From NCBI RefSeq assembly GCF_000143415.4, contig NW_003314269.1:993246-1057245 (forward strand): a stretch of 64,000 nt of DNA, in the 5' to 3' direction. This document shows positions 50,795 to 60,849 of the stretch, piece after piece. Each line of letters starts with the position of its first letter. Position 1 is the first letter of the stretch. Position numbers and translations under genes: made by a program. The notes under the pieces are model-generated. The model ran no database searches, was not told the origin of the DNA, and worked only from the letters and a program-made list of their open reading frames with translations. This stretch comes from Selaginella moellendorffii. Its lineage: Eukaryota; Plantae; Lycopodiophyta.

Positions 50795-52713
50795 ATGGCC
50801 TTCAGGGTTGGGGAAAAGGTTTACATTTTGAATGGTGGGAAGAGAGTTGCAAAAGGGACCCTTGTGTCTATGGATCGGAACTTTGTTATACACTGTCAAA
50901 GGCTTGGGGAAGGCAATGCTGCTGTATCAGTAGAGACTGTCTTCGATGGGAATGTGGTCGCTATTGAACGACGAGAGATGGTCGTCGGGGTAAATGTTGT
51001 TGTTGCCTTGAAAAATCTTCAGAAGAAAGCAGATGTTGGGGACAGCGCAAGTGCGACGCATGTTCCCTCCGTGGATCTTAAGAACCGTGCTTCATGGATT
51101 CAAGCGAAGGTGTTTCTAAACAACCCCGAGGGGGAGGTGGTAGCTGAGGGCTTAGCCACAGTTGTCGATCCAAGAGATGCAGTTGCTAATTAAGAATTGG
51201 GCTGGGATGATATTAAAGTTGCGATTTTAGAGGTTGTTGACACAGAAGAAAACAGTCTGACTATTGGAAGCATTGTGCGGTGGAAATTGAGGCACTTAGT
51301 GTTTGAGAATGTGAAGGATTCACAATCAAACACCACTACAACTGATGACAGAACATCTCTTCATGGGAAAAGAAAGTACACTTTCCTAAAGCGCAGCCAA
51401 AGGGATCTGAGCAACGAACCGAAAAGGCAGAAAATGGCGATGGAGGTTCGAATGGTCTCGACAGTTGCTTGTTGCAAAAGGAGGTGCTGTCAACATGCTG
51501 ATTGGGATGCTATTGAAGAGGAGAGAGCAAGTTACAAGACATTGTCCTGGAAGGCAGCTCGCAATTTTGTGTATGAGGCATTATGGTCATCTGTTGATGC
51601 TTCAGAACATCAGGTGGGGGGCATGGTCTTCCAGAGGGGTTTGGTCTACATGAAGGCATGGAGAATCATTTATGGAGTCCCTCAAACCACATTCTACAGA
51701 ATCAAAACTGAGTTCGAGGAACAAAGGGTTCAACAGGCAGTCCATGGGAACGACGGTACGCACAAAACCAGGGGTCATGTTGTATATGGAGAGGCAATCT
51801 TCAAGAGGTTTGTCGAGACATGTAGCGAGCAGCAACCACATAAAACCCGCCTCTTGGAAGATGGAACACGAGACACCCAACGAGTTCTCCCTTCCATATA
51901 TACCAAGGGGGCCATATTGGAAGATGTGAATCGGGAACTCCAGAGTAATGGCTACAAGAAGCTGAGCCAATCTAGATTTAGGAGATTGTGGAGCAACAGG
52001 TTCAGGGATGTGAGTATAGGAAAGTACTCCAACTTTTCAAAGTGTGACGAGTGCACTGCTATCAAAATGGCTTTGTCGAAGAATTCTTGCAGCACTCAAA
52101 AGCGAGAGACGTTGGTTAGAAGGCGGCTCGACCACAACATCGAGCAGAGAAGCTGCAGGACTGCATATTATCATAACAGGATTCTCTCCATGGAGAGACC
52201 TGACTCTTACCTCTGCATCATCCACGACAAAATGGACCAGAAAAAGACGTGCTTACCTCAACTCAATCCTGCCCCCAAGGCAATCTCTTCATCCATGCAG
52301 CTGCCTGTGTGTCTGTCTGGCATAATCGCTCATGGGCATGGTGCCCAGAACTATGGGAATTTCTTTGTACCTCTATGGGGTGGCGGGGGTGCAAACATGA
52401 TGATTGCGTCCCTAGCAAAACACTTAAGGTCTCTGCAAAGTGCATAGACTGAGCTAAACGGCCAACCCTTGCATAAGGCCTTTGTCGATCGAACCCCATA
52501 CAGGGTTCAGCTGGAGGAGGAGCAAAGGCTTGCAGTATCGCGTGGGGCCCCATGCCATCCCAGTGAATATGTTGGCCGTCAGATTGTAGGGTTATCACGT
52601 GAGGCCTCATGCCATTCCGACGAGGCTGGTCGCCCGGTGAATGCACAGCCTCATCCAAACGAAGCAGAATCTCAAGGAAGTTCTTGCGGCCGATGTGGCC
52701 TTCCACCCCATCT
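50795..52713 (+). pseudogene. Sola-like transposase copy 2a (full N-terminus, 3'-truncated before D2/D3)
   Basis: Two tandem N-terminal repeats (VAKGTLVSMD..HCQRLGEG..VSVETV / VAEGLATVVDP..QELG..VAILEV). Stops at 51191-51193 and 52445-52447; breaks at LPPHL. Confidence 0.8.
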
Positions 52714-52736
52714 AACTTCTTTTCTGCACTTTCAGA

Positions 52737-54996
52737 ATGGCCTCCGCAAGTGCGACACATGTTCCCTCCGTGGATCTTAAGAACCATGCTACATGGATTC
52801 AGGCAAAGGTGTTTCTAAACAACCCCGAGGGGGAGGTGGTAGCTGAGGGCTTAGCCACAGTTGTTGATCCAAGAGATGCGGTTGCTAATCAAGAATTGGG
52901 CTGGGATGATATTGGAGTTGCGATTTTAGAGGTTGTTGACACAGAAGAAAACAGTTTGACTATTGGAAGCATTGTGCGGTGGAAATTGAGGCACTTAGTG
53001 TTTGAGAATGTGAAGGATTCACAATCAAACACCATTACAACTGATGATAGAACATCTCTTCATGGGAAAAGAAAGTACACCTTCCTAAAGCGTAGCCAAA
53101 GGGATCTGAGCAACGAACCGAAAAGGCAGAAAATGGCAATGGAGGTTCGAATGGTCTCGACAGTTGCTTGTTGCAAGAGGAGGTGCTGTCAACATGCTGA
53201 TTGGGATGCTATTGAAGAGGAGAGAGCAAGTTACAAGACATTGTCCTGGAAGGCAGCTCGCAATTTTGTGTATGAGGCATTACGGTCATCTGTTGATGCT
53301 TCAGAACATCAAGTGGGGGGCATGGTCTTCCATAGGGGTTTGGTCTGCATGAAGGCATGGAGAATCATTTATGGAGTCCTTCGAACCACATTCTACAGAA
53401 TCAAAACTGAGTTCGAGGAACAAAGGGTTCAATAGGCAGTCCATGGGAACGACGGTACGCACAAAACCAAAGGTCATGTTGTATATGGAGAGGCAATCTT
53501 CAAGAGGTTTGTCGAGACATGTAGCGAGCAGCAACCACATAAAACCCGCCTCTTGGAAGATGGAACACGAGACACCCAACGAGTTCTCCCTTTCATGTAT
53601 ACCAAGGGGGCCATATTGGAAGATGTGAATCGGGAACTCCAGAGTAATGGCTACAGGAAGCTGAGCCAATCTAGATTTAGTAGATTGTGGAGCAACAGGT
53701 TCAGGGATGTGAGTATAGGAAAGTACTCCAGCTTTTCAAAGTGTGACGAGTGCACTGCTATCAAAATGGCTTTGTCGAAGAATTCTTGCATCGCTCAAGA
53801 GCGAGAGACGTTGGTTAGAAGGTGGCTCGACCACAACATCGAGCAGAGAAGCTGCAGTACTGCATATTATCATAACAGGATTCTCTCTATGGAGAGACCT
53901 GACTCTTACCTCTGCATCATCCACGACAAAATGGACCAGAAAAAGACGTGCTTACCTCGACTCAATCTTGCCCCCAAGGCAATCTCTTCATCCATGCAGC
54001 TGCCTGTGTCTCTGTTTGGCATAATCGCTCATGGGCATGGTGCCCAGAACTATGGGAACTTCTTTGTACCTCTATGGGGTGGCGGGGGTGCAAACATGAT
54101 GATTGCGTCCCTAGCAAAACACTTAAGGTCTCTGCAAAGTGCGTAGACTGAACTGAATGGCCAACCCTTGCATAAGGCCCTTGTCGATCGAACCCCATAC
54201 AGGGTTCAGCTGGAGGAGGAGCAAAGGCTTGCAGTATCACGTGGGGCCCCATGCCATCTCAGTGAATATGTTGGCCGTCAGATTGTAGGGTTATCATGTG
54301 AGGCCTCATGCCATTCCGACGAGGCTGGTCGCTGTAAGCTCATAAGTTTGGACTTCCCGGGAGGTCACCCAGCCTAGTACTATTCAAACCCAAAGACACT
54401 TAACCCCAACTATCCCAAGATCCTTAAACAATTAGAAAAGGGGGTGCACTCTTATTCAGGGGCCCTTTTCCTCTATATTTGAACCCTATGCACCGTCTCT
54501 CGAGTCGTTCCCTTTGGTTGCTTACAGTCGCCCGGTGAATGCACAGCCTCATCCAAATGAAACAGAATCTCAAGGAAGTTCTTGCGGCCGATGTGGCCTT
54601 CCACCCCATCTTCTGCTCCAAACAGACAATGCTGGCAGTGAGAACAAAAACATGTACGTCTTTGCGTACTTGGCGATGCTTGTTGCCAAAGGCATATTTG
54701 AAACGGTTACACTTGGCTTTCTCATGGTTGGGCACACTCATGAAGACGTCGATGCCATGTTCAGTCACCTGGCAGAGTCCCTCCGGCGATCCAATGTCCT
54801 CACCCTCCCACAACTCTACGATGAATTCCAAAATTGCATCAAAGGCACTGTTGAAGCTGCACTTCTGATAGAGGTTCCAGACTTTAAGGGGTTTGTAAGA
54901 GGCTACATCAGGGACGGATCCGAAACGCTAATTGGCCACTCCAAGCCTCTTCAGTTTCATTTCAGCATGTGTGACGGTGCTTTTCAGCATGTGTGA
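52737..54996 (+). pseudogene. Sola-like transposase copy 2b (copy-1 haplotype, 3'-deleted)
   Basis: Near-identical to 29932-32180, sharing the N-terminal deletion, the TAG and the Cassandra insertion. About 1.3 kb is deleted after ~54980. Confidence 0.82.
54333..54526 (-). mobile_element. Cassandra TRIM solo LTR (duplicate of the 31528 insertion)
   Basis: Same site, same TSD GTCGC, same diagnostic substitutions. Confidence 0.92.
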
Positions 54997-55178
54997 CATA
55001 TGCATTTACCAATCACACGTGCATAAATCTAATAATATGGCGTGTGGCCCATATTAATGGCACATAAACCCATATTGTGGGCTTACGTGCTTTATGTACC
55101 ATCATTCCCTTGCAGCGTGTGTGTTGGTTTCCTTTTATAACACAACGAACTCCATATTTTAGGGTGAAGAGCGTTCTC

Positions 55179-55436
55179 ATGGCAAGCACAAAATCTGTAA
55201 GTGAGGCAGAAAAGGAGACGGAGAAGGAGATAAGTGAAGATGTAGAATATATAAGTCTTCCAAACTCCCCGTACTATACTCCAGGTGATCATTTTTCTGA
55301 ACAAACAGCAACATTAACAACTATCGAGAACGCCCCAGTAACGTCAGAGACAACAATCCAAAGCAAAACAACTGACCCGGAGAAGGATGATAGTACCGCT
55401 GAGAGTACCAAAAAGGAGGTGTCCACTAGCGCTTAG
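55179..55436 (+). CDS. Short acidic Ser/Thr-rich ORF or exon near the transposon right end (frameshifted in copy 1 at ~33715)
   Basis: MASTKSVSEAEKETEKEISEDVEY...KKEVSTSA*; flanked by palindrome copies. Function unknown. Confidence 0.3.
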   Translation: MASTKSVSEAEKETEKEISEDVEYISLPNSPYYTPGDHFSEQTATLTTIENAPVTSETTIQSKTTDPEKDDSTAESTKKEVSTSA

Positions 55437-56512
55437 GCTTATAATGGCGTGTGCCCTCATGCCATTTACTTGATCACCAAATACCTTTTTCCCTTTGCAC
55501 TAGTATATCTTAATACCGGTCTGAGAAATAGAATGGCATGTGCCCTCAGGCCTTTTACTAAATCACCTTTGAAAGAAATGCAAGCCTCTATATCGTAAAA
55601 AAAAGGTACTAGAGAAATTCCTTAATAATATGAATGTTATTTAGTTTCATGAAAATTTCAAGGGTCAAATGAGTTAAATGACTTCTCCAGACTAGCAATG
55701 CCTCTTTCTACACCTTCACAATTAGATTCGTTAGAAAAAGATAACATTGAATAATATCTAAATGTTCTCACCATTAAGTTATATATCTGGCTAATAGGAA
55801 TGACGTTCATCTTGGAAAGCTCACCACACGCTCAATGAACAAACAAATAGTGTGTGCGCGCATGCCATCGCTCTTCTTTAGCTTCAGATTTGGCTTGTTC
55901 ACCTTGACAATGAGATTTATTATACAACCAGATGGACTCAGTCTGGACATAAAGTCACCGCGCTAGTCACCATGCCCCAGATATGTCTAGCCCCTGGACA
56001 AAAAACATATAATTTCACATCATTTTCAAATACTTGAAAATTTGTACCTAGTCCCATTTTACTGAATAAATCCCACTTTAACGAAATAGAGCTTTAAAGG
56101 GGTTAATTTTTTAACCACATGTTAGCGAATAATCATGCTGATGTTTGCTTCCAACCAATGGGAGGTAGCCAAACCATGTGTGGCAAGAGAGGAAGGCCCG
56201 GTGATGCATGTCACATGCAAATGTGTTGACCGTAACTGCACTTGTTATTTGGGTATTGAGATCACTTGAGCAGCAGCAGCAGCCCAAGGCTACGAGGAAG
56301 ATCTGGTGACCACTTGTCTATTCCAAAAGATCACATTAGCATCTATGTCATGGACTTTCACCACCATTTTGAAAGTACTAGTGAAAACTCCCATAGACTG
56401 ACCGTTCCATCGGAGGAGCAAGCCATAAGCTCAAAGGAATCCACCCTTTTACATAAACTTAATGTAAAAGAAACAAAGAAAGATGATTCAGCTACTTGGA
56501 TGAAAGAAAAAC

Positions 56513-57105
56513 TGTAAGCTCCTGAGTTTGGACTTCCCGGGAGGTCACCCAGCCCAGTACTATTCAAACCCAAGGACGCTTAACCCCAACTATCCCAAGA
56601 CCCTTAACCGATTGGAAAAGGGGGTGCACTCTTGTTCATGGGCCCTTTCCCTCTATATTTGAACCCCATGGATCGTCTCTCGAGTCATTCCCTTTGGTTG
56701 CTTACAATCCACCACGCTTCCCTGCAAGTTCACGCCCTCGTGAACGGAAGCTGAGAGCCGCAGCTCTCCCGAGAGCCTCGCTCTCTTGACACCCTACCCC
56801 TCGGGTCGAGCCCAGCGGGAGCAAACTGGACCAGCCAGATGTCAATCAACATGTGGTGCGATTCCCCTAGCCAACCAACAGAGTCGGACCCGAGACCTCT
56901 CTGATACCAAATGTAAGCTCCTGAGTTTGGACTTCCCGGGAGGTCACCCAGCCCAGTACTATTCAAACCCAAGGACGCTTAACCCCAACTATCCCAAGAC
57001 CCTTAACCGATTGGAAAAGGGGGTGCACTCTTGTTCATGGGCCCTTTCCCTCTATATTTGAACCCCATGGATCGTCTCTCGAGTCATTCCCTTTGGTTGC
57101 TTACA
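56513..57105 (-). mobile_element. Complete Cassandra TRIM (593 bp) with 5S-rRNA-derived LTRs
   Basis: Two 194-bp LTRs (56513-56706, 56912-57105) that read identical. TSD AAAAC. PBS TGGTATCAGAG (56899-56909, minus). PPT GTGGTGGAT next to 56707. The LTR core on minus, GTTAAGCGTCCTTGGGTTTGAATAGTACTGGGCTGGGTGACCTCCCGGGAAGTCC, matches the 5S box A-IE-box C region. Confidence 0.95.
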
Positions 57106-58228
57106 AAAACAAGGCTTAGCTAAAAAAAAGTTTGATTGATCAATTCAAGGCACAACATGAGCTTTCCGTGGTGCGTTGAACTCCAATCTAGAGCAAATCC
57201 TTCCACCCCGTGAGAAGCACTTGGAGGGGTGTCTGGTTTGTAACCTGAGAAAAAGCACGGCTGCTTTCGGCAAAGTCCTAAACCCAGTGAAAGTATGAGA
57301 TCCCTCATTTCTTCATCATCACGAAGAAATCGACTCAAGAAATCCACTCCTTTTGACTCCTCAGATTTTCCCTTTGCCTGTGCGCTTGGCTTGATCTTGT
57401 GTTGTTGTTGCTGCTGCTGGAGTGCTTGATCCTCTCAAAAATCTAGAACAGACTACAATGAAACATTTGTCGCCAAAGATCTCTTGGTGATCAGAGGGGG
57501 ATTGAAATCCATAGCGCTTTTGTGGTCAATCCATCGCTGCCAATCACGATTTCCATGTTTTGGATCAGCTCCACTATGACTGTTGCTCTGTGGCAACACT
57601 AGCGATTCTTGAGCTATGGCAATGACCAATCTGACACCGCTACTGCTGTAGCTAAGGTGGTGACAAACCTCAATGCCTTGCAATGTTATGGAAATCCTAG
57701 TCGCCCAAATGGGCCAAATCCAATTTGTATTTGGCACGACACACTTTTTTAGCTCTTGCTTCACATAACCCTAAATCTCACGATTACGTTTTGGGCTTGA
57801 GGGCACCACCAAGAATCACAATAACTTGCAGCGAAAGGTTAGTCTTTCTTCTTAGTTTGTGGCATACCTTTCTCCGGCAAGCAATTGGAAAACCCTAGAT
57901 GAGCACACAAAACCAAGCACACAACAAGTTTGTGTTTGTTTATATCCTTAGCCTCTACCATATATTAAATATTGTTTCATATTTCTCTTGCAAATTCAAG
58001 TTTGTTTACAAACACGAACTTGCATAAGCTATAGTTTTCTAGCTTTGTACTTGAAAATTTTAAATTATGCCTCACCTTTGTCATCTTCTTAGAACTATAA
58101 GAAATACCAATCATTTTGATAAGAATTTTGATACTAACAATTCTAATAAACACCCTGAGCTGCTTCAAATTACTTCAGATCAAAATGAAATATATACACA
58201 TCAAGCAATATCCACTACACCATCTCCA

Positions 58229-59548
58229 TGTGAGACACAAAATCCCTAGGCCCCAAAGTGGAGCCGAAAGGGTGCCACGTGGTAGTGGCCGAAGCAAAAG
58301 CTAAACGAGTGTAACACGTTTGGACTAAAAGCTTCGACTTGAAAGGTCATGGAACTCCCAACAAAGTGCTCGAGGAACAAGCACAAAGCAAGCAATAAAT
58401 GAGTCTCTAAAAAAGGGACACAAGAGGACCAACACATGACACGTGGAGGAGTCCAAGATGGACCCGAGATGGACTCGAAATGGAGTCTGAGGTGGAGTCC
58501 GAGATAAAGTCCAAGATGGACCTGAGATAGAGTCCGAGATGGAGCCAAGATGGAGTCTGAGATGGACCCGAGATGGAGTCCGAGATGGACTCGAGATGGA
58601 GTGTGGGGGGTTCCAAAAGTATAGTAGGGAAAGTGTGGGGGTTGGAGCCTAGTGGAGCCAGTTTTGCTCATGAAGGTTATACCCAAGTGTTGGGTGATGA
58701 GTTGACCACTGAGAAGTCCAAGACTAGAGTGAATATGGACCAACAAGCGGGGTAGCTTGGTGAAGTGTTCAAGAGCCGGCTCTAGTTCCCCTGGGAAATC
58801 AAATGGTTGATGCTCCCAGTCCAAGTGTGGGTGGCACTATCTACTTGGATACCTAGCGTGGCTCAATAAAACCTTGCTCTAAGCCCATGGCTAGAGCACC
58901 CAAAGGTGGAAGGTGGGGAGAGTACCCACGAGGCTCGTGTAGGGCCACGGTATTCCGAAATGTTGTCCCAAAGGCCCAGATTATGGAAAGGAAGAAGAGC
59001 AATCCTCTAGTGTAGGGACTAAAGATACAGTTGTGTGGTGAGGAAGTCCCAGAGGACCATGGGACTTAATGGTCAAGCATGTGGGCTTTGATCTAATGGC
59101 AATGTTGGCGAATATGGCCATGGACAGAAAGGGATTTGGTGGGGACCAGAAAAGGGATGTTGGGGAAGGCTATTCCTCATGCCTGCGGGCATCCTAAGGA
59201 TGTTTAGGAGTGGATCTAGGATGATCACTCGTGAATGGATAGCCCAGTCTTTGGGAGACAGGACTGGGATGTAGGTGGTGGTAAACCACTGGTGTGACCA
59301 AGGTGAAGGGGCATGACCTTAGCATAACAGGCTGATATGTTGGTGGTACCTTGGAGTGTTGGTCATGGGATCAAACACGTGGAGCACTTGGACCAAGTGC
59401 AAAATTTGAGTGGTAGGGATGCCATTTTTGGGGCTAGCAAGTCCCTAAGTCCAAAATATGACTTATAGAGGTTGTGAGTGAGACTCCTTCAAGTGGTTCG
59501 AGGTATGGTTAAGTGACTAAAGTAGAATGAAAAATTTAGTCACTTACA
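58229..59548 (+). mobile_element. Solo LTR of family A (shorter VNTR variant)
   Basis: TGTGAGACAC...GTCACTTACA; TSD CTCCA (58224-58228, 59549-59553). Confidence 0.92.
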
Positions 59549-60222
59549 CTCCACCTTCACAAACCATATTTAGAAAGATTCACAAATTTCAACTTTTGAA
59601 ATTGGTTTTCTATTATGTATTTGTATTTTTTGTAATGCATTGCATTTTAAAGATGAGAACATTGCTATGTGTTGTCAATATGGTCAAGTGATATTGCCAC
59701 CTATATTACCTTTACCAAATACTTTACTTATGCTTTACAAGCAAAACAAAAACTCTAATTTCAGAAATAATTAGACACTATAATAATGTAATCATGCCTA
59801 AGAAGGATCCTCCAGTGCCGTGCTAAACAACTACGGACCAGATTATTTGCCACTCATAGCAAACTTAGGGAAGGTTTACTTTCACCCATGGTACATAGAA
59901 CAACTCATGGAACCACCGATAGGTTAATATTAATTCTGCTAACTCAAAGTGTAACCTTGAGTTGCTAATGTGTCTCACTCACGAGCCCAAGTGCAAACTT
60001 GTGCAAACGGAATAACTCAATCCCTTTTAGGAGCTCAAGAGCAAGCTCACATTATTATGGTACAAAAAAGTAACCAAATCCATACCCAAGGAATAATTGT
60101 GAAGCCTTTGCACCCAAATATGTACCCATTTGGATAATTGTTTTCATTACTGCGTATGCAATGAGATTAGTTGCCCAATCTCATTAGATAATACTCGCCG
60201 AGACTTATTCTCTGATACCAAA

Positions 60223-60817
60223 CGTAGCAGAAATTCCATGCCTAGTGCCCAGCAAGAAGAGAAGCCTCTTGGCAGCATCAGCAAATCTCCAGCCTGCATG
60301 TGGTTTTTACCCTTTATCATATGGTGATTTACTATAGGATAACCATAAAGTGGAACCTAACCCTCCATGTGCCACATGTCATATGCTATGTGCCCAAAGG
60401 ATAATGGTGTGGAACTCGAGTTTCAGGGCCTTGGGCCACTAAATGAAGGAACAGTGCTAAACTCTCAAATATGGAGCCAAGGAACAATGGTACGGGAGCA
60501 CGAAGCAACTCCCAAGCGTATAGCCTAAGGAGCGAAGGAACAGGAGTACGGAGCAACTTGGAACAATCCTAGAGCAACCAGCATCCCAATTCCAGGATCA
60601 ACATGAAAAATGGAGCCAAATAGAGTCTAGTGCTATTTCAGCATACAACGTGAAGACATGGGTACTCCACCAACTAGCATGGAATGGAATTTGGGTTTAA
60701 ACCCAAGTCAGATGCAGAACAAGGACAAGCACACAAATAGGAGATAAACTATGCCTCAAGTTGGTCAACCATGCTTAACCTACCCACTATCCTACTATAC
60801 ATTTGGATCCCTCTATA
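60223..60817 (-). mobile_element. Probable LTR of a second family (B), with a PBS on one side and a PPT on the other
   Basis: CTCTGATACCA (iMet PBS) at 60210-60220. Termini CGTAG...CTATA read as decayed TGTAG...CTACA. C26 tract plus TTAAG at 60819-60849 reads TTAAG(G)n on minus, a Gypsy-type PPT. Confidence 0.55.
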
Positions 60818-60849
60818 GCCCCCCCCCCCCCCCCCCCCCCCCCCTTAAG

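Larger units (their letters stand above)
41837..56094 (+). mobile_element. Giant TIR DNA transposon, copy 2 (Sola-like; 14.3 kb, chimeric with a duplicated transposase)
   Basis: Perfect 24-bp TIRs (AAGCTCTATTTCGTTAAAGTGGGA at 41837; TCCCACTTTAACGAAATAGAGCTT ending at 56094). TSD TAAA (41833-41836, 56095-56098). Confidence 0.9.

Noticed and set aside
56530-56584. 5S rRNA gene(s), also at ~19790, 26845, 31545, 54350 and 56930
   Set aside because: Only the box A-box C part of 5S is present, embedded in TG...CA LTRs with TSDs. These are Cassandra LTRs, not rRNA genes.
56100-58228. Host gene between transposon copy 2 and the solo LTR
   Set aside because: Short ORF fragments without recognisable motifs; probably decayed TE or pseudogene DNA.
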